64,000 nt of DNA from Patescibacteria group bacterium (GCA_041660565.1 JBAZWC010000001.1:302481-366480), one strand, 5' to 3'. Shown: positions 39,664 through 49,748, numbered from the stretch's first letter. The notes: generated by a model not told the origin, from the sequence alone. Translations and numbers: made by a program.

Positions 39664-40685
39664 TAAATTATAAGCATGCAATCGCCAAAAGAGAGAAAAC
39701 GATAATTTGATTTTTGGGCGTGATCGTATAAATCAAATAACTTAGTTCGCCCCGTAAGCGCCGAAACCAACATCAGCAGCGTAGATTTTGGCTGATGAAA
39801 GTTAGTCAATAAGCAATCGACCACTTTGAACCGATAGCCCGGGGTAATAAACAAATTTGTCTCCCCAAAATACGGCTGATTTCCGGCTGATTCAAGCGCC
39901 CTGGCCACAGTGGTCCCAACTGCCACCACCCTGCCCCCATTGGCTTTTGTCTGATGTATGAGGTCAATTACCGCCTGAGACACCTCTACCGCCTCTGAGT
40001 GCATTACGTGATCGTTCGTATTTTCCACCCTCACCGGCAAAAACGTGCCCAGCCCAACATGCAAAATCACTTCCGCGGTTTTAACTCCGCCTTGCTTCAG
40101 CTTCTCCAATAACTCCGGTGAAAAGTGCAAACTGGCGGTAGGTGCGGCCACGCTACCCAATATTTTGGCGGTAATGGGTTGATATAACTCGTCTTCAAAA
40201 CCGGCTAGTTGCGGGTTGTGAATGTAAGGTGGCAGAGGCAGGTGACCAAATTCTTCGCAAAACAGGATGAAATCGGGGGATGATAAATTGGTTTGAATAA
40301 TAAACCGCCCCATCCCATCGGTTAATTTATTAATTATTTCACAATGAACATCATCAAATCTTATCTTTTCTCCAATCTCGATGTTTTTCCCCCTAAGTAA
40401 ACACTCAAATTGTCCATCTTTACTCAGTGATTTTAAAATTAACGCTTCGATTTCTTTGCCGTCACTCTGGCGAACTCCCATCAACCGCGCGTGCCTCACT
40501 TTCGAGACGTTAAAGACAAGCAAATCTCCTGAGCGAATAAACGAGGGCAAATCTGCCACCGTTCTATCTAAAATTCGATCTGCTTCTCTGCTATACACCA
40601 GCATTTTTGCTCGCTCACGCGGTCGCACCGGTGCTTGAGCAATTTTATTCTCGGGCAAATTATAATCAAACAGGTCAACTTTCAT
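39663..40685 (-). CDS. queA: tRNA preQ1 SAM ribosyltransferase-isomerase
   Basis: FDYNLP, LPLPPYI, SVAAPTA, LHVGLGTF, TNFHQPKSTLL. Confidence 0.96.
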   Translation of the reverse strand: MKVDLFDYNLPENKIAQAPVRPRERAKMLVYSREADRILDRTVADLPSFIRSGDLLVFNVSKVRHARLMGVRQSDGKEIEALILKSLSKDGQFECLLRGKNIEIGEKIRFDDVHCEIINKLTDGMGRFIIQTNLSSPDFILFCEEFGHLPLPPYIHNPQLAGFEDELYQPITAKILGSVAAPTASLHFSPELLEKLKQGGVKTAEVILHVGLGTFLPVRVENTNDHVMHSEAVEVSQAVIDLIHQTKANGGRVVAVGTTVARALESAGNQPYFGETNLFITPGYRFKVVDCLLTNFHQPKSTLLMLVSALTGRTKLFDLYDHAQKSNYRFLSFGDCMLII

Positions 40686-41395
40686 CTCAAATACACTACC
40701 TGACCTTCTATTAGTTCAATTGGATCTGACGTTGCATTATTTTTCTTGGATACCTGACGCTCAACTCTTTCCGGAATATATTTTATCGGTTTTTGGCTGA
40801 TTTGGTCAAACCACGACTGATCCGTTTCGTCTCTGCCTTTAACCATTGTCATTTCGACCCGTGGAGCTGGCTCGAGCGACCGCGTTGGAGAAATCTGAGA
40901 AAGAATCCTTACAGGTCTTTCTGCGGGTTCGTTCCATTCTCGATTGAGACTGACACTGGAATCAAAGCGCATTAACGGAAAGGTAATCACATTCCCAGCC
41001 ATCATCAAATGCATCACACCAAGATTTACACGTTGATGTAGTTTGGAAGGATACCTAATTGTCATCTTTTCGATCTGTAATTTATCAACCGCAAATCGAA
41101 CTATCTGCCATTTTCTGACTAAATTAATCTCAAATTTGTCCTGATCAAAAATTAGCAATGAATTTAGCCAACGCCAATAATATTGCATAAGATTATAGAG
41201 GTCGAGACACACGAAAGCTAGCGCGATCACAAAAATTATCCCGGCCAAATTCGGGTTTGAAACCAACAGATTGTTCACAACTAGTAATATCAATACAATC
41301 GATGCAATTTTTATAATTGATCTTAGCACGGCCGTTACCAATCCAAGCCAATGTGGATGTAAAGTAATTGTGTTTGAACTAATATTTTTATTCAT
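40682..41395 (-). CDS. Membrane protein (two TM plus bPH-like domain) with repeat insertion
   Basis: HPHW, 2 TM; RILSQISPTRSLEPAPRVEMT derives from a repeat. Confidence 0.65.
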   Translation of the reverse strand: MNKNISSNTITLHPHWLGLVTAVLRSIIKIASIVLILLVVNNLLVSNPNLAGIIFVIALAFVCLDLYNLMQYYWRWLNSLLIFDQDKFEINLVRKWQIVRFAVDKLQIEKMTIRYPSKLHQRVNLGVMHLMMAGNVITFPLMRFDSSVSLNREWNEPAERPVRILSQISPTRSLEPAPRVEMTMVKGRDETDQSWFDQISQKPIKYIPERVERQVSKKNNATSDPIELIEGQVVYLR

Positions 41396-41486
41396 GACAA
41401 TTCAATATATCACACTCGGAATAACAAAAAAACGCCTTCCGCGCTGTTTAAAAATTTAAAATTTAAAATTTAAAATTTTGGAGATG

Positions 41487-41562
41487 TGGTAGCGGTGGGT
41501 AGAATTGAACTACCGACCTCGGCCTTATGAAGACCTTGCTCTAACCGCTGAGCTACACCGCC
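41487..41562 (-). tRNA. tRNA-Met(CAT), elongator-type
   Basis: GGCGGTGTAGCTCAG...TTCATAA...GTTCAATTC...CCA. Confidence 0.92.
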
Positions 41563-41576
41563 ATAAGTATTAAATT

Positions 41577-41651
41577 TGGTGGCGGGGGTAGGATTCGAAC
41601 CTACGACCTTGAGGTTATGAGCCTCACGAGCTGCCGCTGCTCCACCCCGCT
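41577..41651 (-). tRNA. Initiator tRNA-fMet(CAT)
   Basis: AGCGGGGTGGAGCAG, 1:72 mismatch, CTCATAA loop, CCA. Confidence 0.92.
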
Positions 41652-41703
41652 ACATTATTTATATGTTACCATATTTTTATTTTTTTAGCAATCTATTTTT
41701 CTC

Positions 41704-41822
41704 GTCATTCCCGCGAAGGCGGGAATCCAGCCTATAATAAAATTCATATTTTTCTGGATCCCCGAATATAATGTCGGGACGCTTAGCGCCCCTAAGTCCC
41801 GCTTAGCGGGACGGGGATGACA
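41704..41822. repeat. Composite GTCAT REP element
   Basis: gtcattcccgcgaaggcgggaatccag...ctggatccccgaatataatgtcggg...ggggatgaca. Confidence 0.85.
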
Positions 41823-41900
41823 AAGGGCATAACGTCGTTGACTCTATTTGAAGTAAGTGGTACAACTAACTTTGGAAACTTAATCGCTTCACGGGGGTGA

Positions 41901-42221
41901 GTGATGGAGATTGCGCTGGTTGAGGTGTACCCACCCGATAACTGTCTTGGTCGGGTGGCAGCGTTCAGAATAGATCAAGAATCGGATACGTTGGAGGGAA
42001 TCCAACTGGCTCAAGACTATACTCGCGAACATGGCACAGATAAGGATCGCGGCCGTGGCCTGCAAGGCCCGCAGAACGGATTCGTGGTGATGGTCGCCAG
42101 AGACGAATATGGGCTTTGGGTGCGCATTAACACCGGGGAGATTGACCCGGACAATGTCTCGCAACTCAAAGCGCATGTTTGCAAGGACTTCTCTTATGCT
42201 TTGAACGGCACTAGCCCGTAG
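41901..42221 (+). CDS. GC-rich orphan, paralog 1
   Basis: GGGGGTG SD; SDTLEGIQLAQDYTREHG. Confidence 0.7.
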   Translation: MMEIALVEVYPPDNCLGRVAAFRIDQESDTLEGIQLAQDYTREHGTDKDRGRGLQGPQNGFVVMVARDEYGLWVRINTGEIDPDNVSQLKAHVCKDFSYALNGTSP

Positions 42222-42298
42222 GCCAACCGCCTGCGGGTTGAACTTTGCCATAAAAAATGGTATAACTAACACAACGCTAGCACGACGGAGGGAAACAA

Positions 42299-42652
42299 TT
42301 GAGGATCACGGAGGTTGTGCTGTACCCGACGATGCCTTGCCGTCGCCTGGCATCGTTGAAGTTTGGCCCGTTATCCGATCTGACCGAAGCTGTCTGCCTG
42401 GCGCAGATCTTCACCAGAAGGCATGGCAATGGCGACTTCCTGCCAGATGGACAGATAGGCGTCCAGAACGGGTTCCAGATTCTGCCGTACGAGTCAATAA
42501 ATCGTGCCTGCTCAGTGGTCATATACTCAACAAATGACACCTGTAGGAAACAGTGCAAGGCACTTATCAGCGGCCTTCGAACATCAGGCATTGTCAAAAC
42601 GCCAACCGTCCGCAACGAGATCGAGATCAACAACCCACCATACTGGGCTTAA
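42299..42652 (+). CDS. GC-rich orphan, paralog 2
   Basis: GGAGGG SD; SDLTEAVCLAQIFTRRHG. Confidence 0.7.
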   Translation: MRITEVVLYPTMPCRRLASLKFGPLSDLTEAVCLAQIFTRRHGNGDFLPDGQIGVQNGFQILPYESINRACSVVIYSTNDTCRKQCKALISGLRTSGIVKTPTVRNEIEINNPPYWA

Positions 42653-42667
42653 ACCGCCCAACTCACG

Positions 42668-42704
42668 CCCGTGGAGCCATCCGGCTCTGCGGGTTGCCTT
42701 TTTT
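42668..42704 (+). terminator. Terminator with C-ATCC-G loop
   Basis: CCCGTGGAGCC-ATCC-GGCTCTGCGGG...TTTTTT. Confidence 0.75.
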
Positions 42705-42706
42705 GA

Positions 42707-42797
42707 GACCAGTTAGGGGGCTTAGGGAATTTTAGGGAAGTTAGGGGTACCATCGGCCCTCCCAATGCCCCTAATCACCCCACCCCCCCTAACCACC
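42707..42797. repeat. TTAGGG-type palindromic element E1
   Basis: Four G-tracts then C-tracts, ~9-bp period. Confidence 0.85.
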
Positions 42798-42798
42798 T

Positions 42799-44598
42799 TC
42801 AGTTCTTCAATAATTTTAGAAACACTTCGGTAGGAATATCTACCTTACCGATTCTTTTTAACCTTTTTTTACCGGCTTTTTGTTTGTCTAATAATTTATT
42901 TTTTCGAGTTACATCTCCACCATATAATTTGGCAGTAACGTTTTTGCCTACCGCCGGAATGTCTTCACGAGCGATTATTTTGCCGCCAATGGCTGCTTGC
43001 AACATCACCTCAAATAATTGGCGTGGGATTAAAGTTTTAAGTTTGGCTAAAATGATGCGGCCTTTTTCGATTGCGGTTGATCGGTGCACAATTTGACTAA
43101 GCGAATCTACTTCTTCGCCGCCGACTAGGATGTTCAGTTTAACCAAATCACCGGTGCGATATTCAAGCATCTCGTAGTTCATTGAGCCGTATCCCGAAGT
43201 AATGCTTTTAAGGCGATCGTAAAAGTCGACAATTAACTCAGAAATTGGCAACTGATATTTTAGAATGGCACGATCTTCATCTAAATAATCTAAGTTAACA
43301 TAGATGCCACGCTTGTTTCCCGCCATCTCCATTACCGCACCAATGTTACTTTTTGGCAGCACTATTTCTACCACTGCCCACGGCTCGGCTATTTCAGCAA
43401 TTTTAGTAACTTCTGGCAGTTCGGATGGGGTGTGGATAATGATGGTCGATTCGACACCGTCAGCTTGTTTGTTTATGGTGATTTGGTACGAAACACTGGG
43501 CGAAGTGGCAATTAAATCCAAATTATATTCGCGCTCTAACCGTTCTTTAACGATTTCCATATGTAATAAACCAAGAAAGCCGCATCTAAACCCAAATCCC
43601 AGCGCTTCAGAGACTTCCGGTTCATAAATTAACGCAGCGTCGTTTAGTTTTAGCTTGCCCAACGCTTCACGTAATTCGGGATATTGGTTTGCATCAACGG
43701 AGAAAATGCCAGCGTAAACCAGCGGCTTGACTTGACGATATCCTTCAAGCGCAGCTACATTTTGGTCTGATTCAAGCGTTACCGTATCACCAACGCGCGC
43801 CAAACTAACATCTTTGAAACCAGTGATAATATAGCCAATTTGCCCGGCACAGATTGTATTTGATGGTTTAAGAGTTGGCGAAAAATATCCCACCTCAATT
43901 ACGTCGGTTTCACTTTTGACCTGTATCATCCTGATTTTTTGATGCGCTTTTAACGCGCCACTGGTTATTCGAACATACGCAATCACCCCGCGATACGGGT
44001 CAAAAATGCTATCAAAAATGAGTGCCTTTAGCTCATTACTGGGATCAATTTTTGGAGCAGGAGTACGTTCAATTACGGCGGCTAGAATTTCATTTACGCC
44101 TTGACCAGTTTTTCCTGATGCAAATATAATTTCATCTTTAGAGATTCCGAGCAGTTTAACAATTTCTTCACTAACCTTTTCCGGCTCGGCTGATGGTAAA
44201 TCAATCTTATTGACTACCGGAATAATGGTTAAATTATGCTCCATTGCCATATACAAATTGGCCAGAGTTTGCGCCTCAATTCCTTGCGCCGCATCAACAA
44301 GGAGGATCGCGCCCTCAACCGCGGCCAAGCTGCGCGACACTTCGTAAGAGAAATCGACGTGTCCGGGGGTATCGATTAGATTTAGCTCATATTCCTGGCC
44401 TTGGAATTGGTAGTGCATTCGCACTGGTTGCAATTTGATGGTAATACCACGCTCGCGCTCGATATCCATAGTATCGAGAAGCTGTTCTTTCATTTCGCGC
44501 TTGGCTACGGTATTGGTTACTTCTAAAAGACGATCGGCAAGAGTGGACTTGCCGTGATCAATGTGTGCAATAATACAAAAGTTTCGAATATTGTTCAT
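42799..44598 (-). CDS. lepA: Elongation factor 4
   Basis: IRNFCIIAHIDHGKSTLADR, GFRCGFLGLLH, LYGGDVTRK. Confidence 0.98.
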   Translation of the reverse strand: MNNIRNFCIIAHIDHGKSTLADRLLEVTNTVAKREMKEQLLDTMDIERERGITIKLQPVRMHYQFQGQEYELNLIDTPGHVDFSYEVSRSLAAVEGAILLVDAAQGIEAQTLANLYMAMEHNLTIIPVVNKIDLPSAEPEKVSEEIVKLLGISKDEIIFASGKTGQGVNEILAAVIERTPAPKIDPSNELKALIFDSIFDPYRGVIAYVRITSGALKAHQKIRMIQVKSETDVIEVGYFSPTLKPSNTICAGQIGYIITGFKDVSLARVGDTVTLESDQNVAALEGYRQVKPLVYAGIFSVDANQYPELREALGKLKLNDAALIYEPEVSEALGFGFRCGFLGLLHMEIVKERLEREYNLDLIATSPSVSYQITINKQADGVESTIIIHTPSELPEVTKIAEIAEPWAVVEIVLPKSNIGAVMEMAGNKRGIYVNLDYLDEDRAILKYQLPISELIVDFYDRLKSITSGYGSMNYEMLEYRTGDLVKLNILVGGEEVDSLSQIVHRSTAIEKGRIILAKLKTLIPRQLFEVMLQAAIGGKIIAREDIPAVGKNVTAKLYGGDVTRKNKLLDKQKAGKKRLKRIGKVDIPTEVFLKLLKN

Positions 44599-45188
44599 TA
44601 ATTTACCACTGTTGCGGTTATTTGACCTTGCTCAAGCTTTAGATTTGTTATTTTACCAATAATTCGACTATTTATCAAGTTTGATAGCGAATCTGCTAAT
44701 CCGGCACGCACTTCGGTAGTCGCTAAAGGCAGCAACCGCACCCCAGCTACGGTAAGATCGTTTACACTGACAGTTAGCTTACCATTAGAATCAACCTTTG
44801 GGATCCAATAAAATATTAACGGCAGATCGGTAGGTGTGGTGTAAGTACCGGTAGTTTCTATTTGAGTGGCAGTTGTTTTGGACGAAAGGTTTTTGGTGTT
44901 TGGGATATTTAATTGAGTGATAATGTAGTTTATTTGACTATCGGTAATATAGACAAAATATTCTTGACTATTATTAGATGGTTTTGGCAGTATCACCTGA
45001 AACCATTTGGCCGAAAATGAGGTTGAGTTCCATGCTTTTTTGCTTAAGCTATCGCGAAATGGCACAATAATCCAGATTGTGAAAAATATTAGACCCATAA
45101 TTAGTAACACAATCAGCACAAACAAAGCCCACGGAGACAACCGCAAATAAGAATGCAAATTGGTTTTTTGGGTTTTTAGACTTGACAT
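44598..45188 (-). CDS. Hypothetical single-TM protein
   Basis: N-terminal TM; coupled to lepA. Confidence 0.65.
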   Translation of the reverse strand: MSSLKTQKTNLHSYLRLSPWALFVLIVLLIMGLIFFTIWIIVPFRDSLSKKAWNSTSFSAKWFQVILPKPSNNSQEYFVYITDSQINYIITQLNIPNTKNLSSKTTATQIETTGTYTTPTDLPLIFYWIPKVDSNGKLTVSVNDLTVAGVRLLPLATTEVRAGLADSLSNLINSRIIGKITNLKLEQGQITATVVN

Positions 45189-45210
45189 TTTGTAACCCTT
45201 TTGATACATT
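45182..45210 (+). promoter_or_regulatory. Promoter facing the 3' end of the DUF3800-like gene
   Basis: TTGACA-17 nt-TACATT with TGn. Confidence 0.65.
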
Positions 45211-45212
45211 AT

Positions 45213-45749
45213 CTATAGATTTGGACGTAGCGGTGCCGATTTACCTGAAGTCATTGCGACCTGGTATTTAAGCGCTGGACGTCCATTTTTTGTTGAAAAA
45301 CATTCCTTGTATATTGTTTCAAATGACAATATCAAGTCAGTTTTGTATTGCTTATGAAGTGTTTTAATCGCTCGGTCATGAGCCTCGGATAGCTTACCAA
45401 GGAGAGAGAAACTTACCATCGGATCAGGTATTTTTTTATCAGCGCATAAAGCATTTATAATTTTAATAATATTTTTTTCCTGACCAGGGTATTCTATATC
45501 TATGATGACATCAGGCTCATGTATCAAATCCGGTTTAAATAATAAATAACAGGCAGCACTAAAAACATAGATTACAAAATCTCGGGGCCGCCCTACCTGC
45601 CGAAAGATATCCTGCAACCGTCTTTTGGTGCGAGCAGATATCTTAACTGAACGAAACTGCTTGGACTTACCCATGTAAGATACACACGCCAAAACCGTGT
45701 CTTTTTGTGTTTGCTCAACTTTGCCCGATTGGTCAATATATATTTTCAT
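45213..45749 (-). CDS. Hypothetical protein with DUF3800-like N-terminus
   Basis: MKIYIDQSGK (cf. YIDESG), IDIEYPG; AT-rich. Confidence 0.6.
   Translation of the reverse strand: MKIYIDQSGKVEQTQKDTVLACVSYMGKSKQFRSVKISARTKRRLQDIFRQVGRPRDFVIYVFSAACYLLFKPDLIHEPDVIIDIEYPGQEKNIIKIINALCADKKIPDPMVSFSLLGKLSEAHDRAIKTLHKQYKTDLILSFETIYKECFSTKNGRPALKYQVAMTSGKSAPLRPNL
45217..45291 (+). ncRNA. Putative structured antisense sRNA
   Basis: UGGACGU/ACGUCCA closing stem, AGCG/CGCU, UACC/GGUA, GUC/GAC, U6 tail. Confidence 0.5.
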
Positions 45750-45756
45750 AGAGGAT

Positions 45757-47400
45757 TTATTCCTCAAGCTTTTTCTTCCTAATCAGCCAGCCAAGCTCTT
45801 CCATATTGAACCATTTTGCCATTAAGGCGTAGCTGCCAAGGCCAACCACCGCTGCCCCAAACGCCTGAATCATAATGCCAAGAACGGTTCTGGTGCCAAA
45901 TCCTTCAAACCCAAACGGCACAATATCATTCAAATTTAACCCATTGCCAATTATGCGTAGGGTGAGCCAAGATAAGGCTCCGGAGATAATGGCGATAAAG
46001 CTGATCGGCAAAATTCGACGGTACACCTTTGTCATATCACCCCTCCACTGCGACGGTAGCCAAATAATCATTAATACCGCTTGCACCCACATTCCAAAAC
46101 TATACGCCAGAGCCAGTGATGCCACATCATAACCAGATGCATTACTAAACCAAGACAGCTGAGGCAAAACAACCGCCGCGCCCACCGTGGCCAAACAACC
46201 AATAACGCTGGCGTACATTGGTTTCTTGGTGTCTTGCAAAGCATAAAACGCCCTGGCGGTGATAAATACTACCGCCTGAGCCACGAACGAGATGCAAAAC
46301 CAAGACAATGTGTTGATAGCGCGAATAGTATCTTCCCATGAAGTATGATGGTTAAGACCAATGTATAATCGCATAATTTGAGCGCGAAGCAAGAAGACTA
46401 AAATGGTAGCGGGTATTAGTACAAATAAGCTTACACGCAAGGTGCGGAGATAATAGTGCTGGTATTTGTCATGATCTTTTTCGGCTACGGCGTCGGTGAG
46501 CGTAGGGAAAACCGCGGTAGCCATCGATGAACCGAAAATCAGCGCCGGGGTAGTTTGAAAATTATTAGCAAAGTTAAAGATAGTCCATGCACCAGCGGAC
46601 ATCGTAGCAGCAATACGAGTAAATGATAACAGTACAATTTGCATCATCCCGAGTGATAATGTGCGCGGGATCATTAGCATCACCACTTTACCCACATTTT
46701 TATCAAACATATTTACTTTTGGATTTAATCTAATGCCCACTCCAATAAGCGATGGGAGCTGAACACCAAAGTGAAGCGCTGCGCCAACCACCACCGCCCA
46801 CGCCACCGCATTGATGCCATATTTTGGTAGCAGCAATGCGCCCACAATGATAGATAGATTATAAACCAGCGGCGCTACGCTATACGTAAAGAAACGACGA
46901 TGTGCGTTTAGCACGGCGGAAACTGTGTATGATAGACAGAAAAAGAATGGCGAAAGTAGCATAATTCGCGCCAAATTGATCGTTTCGGTTTGCCGCGCCA
47001 TGGTATTGACTGCGCTGAGTGGGGTAAGTAGCGGAATAATTATAGGCATTAGAAAAAACAAAATCACCAAGGCAATGGTGACAAAAAAAGTTAGCGTTCC
47101 CAAAACCGTATTTGCCATATTAGTAGCGTCGGATTGTGATTTGTTTTTGAGCAAATCGGTATAAATTGGAATAAATGCCGATGCAATTGCACCCAGTACC
47201 AGTAGATTAAAAATTAAATCTGGGATACGAAAGGCGGTAAAATACGGATCAAGCTGAGATAAAGATTGAGCACGGTTAGACAACAAAATATCCCGCAGCA
47301 ATCCAAGAACATTGCTTAAGAACAGTGTAATGGTCAACAAAACTGTCGCAGATTTTAAGCTGTGCTCACCGTTAACTAGACCTTTTATCCGATCAACCAT
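45757..47400 (-). CDS. murJ: Lipid II flippase MurJ
   Basis: SNVLGLLRD, AFRIPD, SAFIP, RAFYALQDTKKP. Confidence 0.93.
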   Translation of the reverse strand: MVDRIKGLVNGEHSLKSATVLLTITLFLSNVLGLLRDILLSNRAQSLSQLDPYFTAFRIPDLIFNLLVLGAIASAFIPIYTDLLKNKSQSDATNMANTVLGTLTFFVTIALVILFFLMPIIIPLLTPLSAVNTMARQTETINLARIMLLSPFFFCLSYTVSAVLNAHRRFFTYSVAPLVYNLSIIVGALLLPKYGINAVAWAVVVGAALHFGVQLPSLIGVGIRLNPKVNMFDKNVGKVVMLMIPRTLSLGMMQIVLLSFTRIAATMSAGAWTIFNFANNFQTTPALIFGSSMATAVFPTLTDAVAEKDHDKYQHYYLRTLRVSLFVLIPATILVFLLRAQIMRLYIGLNHHTSWEDTIRAINTLSWFCISFVAQAVVFITARAFYALQDTKKPMYASVIGCLATVGAAVVLPQLSWFSNASGYDVASLALAYSFGMWVQAVLMIIWLPSQWRGDMTKVYRRILPISFIAIISGALSWLTLRIIGNGLNLNDIVPFGFEGFGTRTVLGIMIQAFGAAVVGLGSYALMAKWFNMEELGWLIRKKKLEE

Positions 47401-47456
47401 TTACCCTCATACATTTTGTTGTAGTAAGATCTATTTTACCTGAAAGAGAACAAAAA

Positions 47457-47546
47457 GACCAATAAGGGGGCGTAAGGGTTGTAAGGGCAGTTGGGGGTGT
47501 CATAACCTCCCCTAACATCCCAAACTCCCCTAAACTCCCTAATCGT
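47457..47546. repeat. TTAGGG-type element E2
   Basis: gacc...4 G-tracts/4 C-tracts...aatcgt. Confidence 0.85.
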
Positions 47547-47555
47547 CCCCTCCCC

Positions 47556-49343
47556 CTAGCTAAATAGTCCTTCAAACGTAGCTCGGTCAACTGATTCTTG
47601 TTCAAGCAACAACGCTGAAAGTTTGTCTAATACAGCGCGATTTTTAGAAAGCAATTTTTTAGCCATTAATTGCGCTTCGTCCACAATTTTGTAGACCTCT
47701 TTGTCGATTTTGGCTGCCACTTCTTCGGAATAATTGCGCTGCTCTGAAATTTCGCGGCCAAGGAAGATCATCTCTTCGTGCTCACCAAAAGTACGAGGCC
47801 CAAGTTCTTTACTCATACCGTAGCGCATCACCATATCTCGGGCAATTTTGGTGGCGTTTTTCAGATCATTTGACGCACCGGTGGTCATCTCATTAAATAT
47901 CAATTCTTCAGCCACCCAGCCACCCATCATCACCACTAAATCAGCCTTAAAATGATTTTCGCTGACATAATGGCGATCGTCCAGTGGAGTGGTTAAAGTA
48001 TATCCACCAGCCATACCACGCGGAATGATGGTGATTTTTTCTACCTTGTCGGCCTCTGGCATTAGTTGCGCCAAAACGGCATGACCGCTTTCGTGATATG
48101 CAGTCATTTTGCGCTCTGCGTCGGTATAACGATGTGATTTGCGCTCAGGCCCCATGGCCACGCGCTCTACCGCTTCACGGATATAATGCTGAGTAACAAT
48201 TTTTTTACCGTCTCTAACAGCTAAGATGGCCGCTTCATTAACCACATTCTTAAGATCGGCGCCAGAGAAACCGGTAGTGATGGCAGCAATACGAGCCAAA
48301 TCAATTTCTTTTGATAACGGCTTATTTTGAGAGTGAATTTCCAAAATTGCCACGCGCTCGTCTTTATTAGGCAAATTAACCATCACCCTACGATCAAATC
48401 GTCCGGGACGAAGCAAAGCAGGATCAAGCACGTCTGGACGGTTAGTTGCGCCCATAATAATCACGTTGGCTTCGGTTTCAAACCCATCCATTTCAACCAG
48501 AATTTGGTTTAAGGTCTGTTCGCGCTCATCATGACTACCGCCTAAGCCCGAGCCACGTTGTCGCCCAATAGCGTCTAATTCATCGATAAAAACGATACAC
48601 GGAGCGTTACGCTTGGCTTTTTGAAACAGATCGCGCACGCGGCTAGCGCCAACACCCACGAACATCTCCACAAATTCGGAGGCAGACATGGCAAAAAACG
48701 GTACGCGAGCTTCGCCGGCAACCGCTTTGGCCAGCATTGTTTTACCGGTTCCGGGAGGTCCAACCAAAAGAACGCCTTTGGGAATCTCGGCGCCCATCGC
48801 CAAAAACTTGCCAGGCGAGCGCAAAAATTCCACCACTTCTTCTAGTTCTTGCTTTGGTTCTACTAAACCGGCCACATCTTTAAAACTCAAATGCTTGTTA
48901 GATTCGTACGCCTTAACCTTAGATTTACCAAAAGACATCGCTTTCATATTTGAGCCCTGAGCTTGGCGCATCATAATGTAAAAGAAACCAATAATTAATA
49001 CCACCGGCACGATGGCAGAGAGCAGAGTAATCCACAGGCCGCTATTGCTGGATGGCTGAATATCTATGCTGACTTTATCTGGAGTGATATTATAGTCTTT
49101 AAGCTGAGCCGAGCTTTCTTTTTGTGATGTTAATTGGCTACCGTTTTTAAGCGTAGCGTTGACAGTATTTTCTCCAACAACCGTAATTTGCTTAACGTTG
49201 TTATTGGTTACTTCATTCGATATTTCTGAGATTGGGACAGTTTGAGAAGTGGCTTGGCGGGGGCGTAAATAACCAAACAAAGCTATGCCCACAAACAGGG
49301 CAATAAATATATAGAGAATTTGTTTTGAACAACCTTGTTTCAA
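47556..49343 (-). CDS. ftsH: ATP-dependent zinc metalloprotease FtsH
   Basis: [28 protein letters not shown]. Confidence 0.98.
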   Translation of the reverse strand: MKQGCSKQILYIFIALFVGIALFGYLRPRQATSQTVPISEISNEVTNNNVKQITVVGENTVNATLKNGSQLTSQKESSAQLKDYNITPDKVSIDIQPSSNSGLWITLLSAIVPVVLIIGFFYIMMRQAQGSNMKAMSFGKSKVKAYESNKHLSFKDVAGLVEPKQELEEVVEFLRSPGKFLAMGAEIPKGVLLVGPPGTGKTMLAKAVAGEARVPFFAMSASEFVEMFVGVGASRVRDLFQKAKRNAPCIVFIDELDAIGRQRGSGLGGSHDEREQTLNQILVEMDGFETEANVIIMGATNRPDVLDPALLRPGRFDRRVMVNLPNKDERVAILEIHSQNKPLSKEIDLARIAAITTGFSGADLKNVVNEAAILAVRDGKKIVTQHYIREAVERVAMGPERKSHRYTDAERKMTAYHESGHAVLAQLMPEADKVEKITIIPRGMAGGYTLTTPLDDRHYVSENHFKADLVVMMGGWVAEELIFNEMTTGASNDLKNATKIARDMVMRYGMSKELGPRTFGEHEEMIFLGREISEQRNYSEEVAAKIDKEVYKIVDEAQLMAKKLLSKNRAVLDKLSALLLEQESVDRATFEGLFS

Positions 49344-49526
49344 CGTATCTCCTCGATGAGTTAATTGATAATGTTTAGTTATAATAGACGTAGTGTGGGG
49401 TCATAACGTATTAAGCACTAAATTCTAAGCACTAAGCACTAAATAAATCCAAAATAAAAAATTCAAAAGTTTAGAATTTAGTATTTATAATTTAGAATTT
49501 ATTTGCTATCGCGAGCGATAGCAAAT

Positions 49527-49604
49527 TGGTGGGTCGTCTGGGATTCGAACCCAGGACACCCTGCTTAAAAGGCAGGTGCTCTAACCAGGCTGAGCTAACG
49601 ACCC
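49527..49604 (-). tRNA. tRNA-Lys(TTT)
   Basis: GGGTCGTTAGCTCAG...CTTTTAA...TTCGAATCC...CCA; hairpin 49502-49525 downstream. Confidence 0.95.
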
Positions 49605-49645
49605 TAACGATAAAGATTATAACACAAAAGAAAGGGAATTGCCAA

Positions 49646-49748
49646 GACCGTTAGGGATTTTTAGGGAGTTTAGGGTTGTTAGGGTGGTTCCTTCCCTAAT
49701 TGGTCCCCCGCTCTCCCAATCACTCCAATCTCCCTAATTCCCCCAATT
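49646..49748. repeat. TTAGGG-type element E3
   Basis: ttagggatttttagggagtttagggttgttaggg-ggttccttccctaat loop-C arm. Confidence 0.9.

Noticed and set aside
41487-42704. tRNA-targeted integrative island
   Set aside because: The orphans lie 5' of the tRNAs; no duplicated tRNA 3' end or integrase was found
47393-47605. Short ORFs running through repeats (also 56310-56495, 52006-52221, 24063-24308, 3057-3261)
   Set aside because: They are translations of palindromic repeats without start signals
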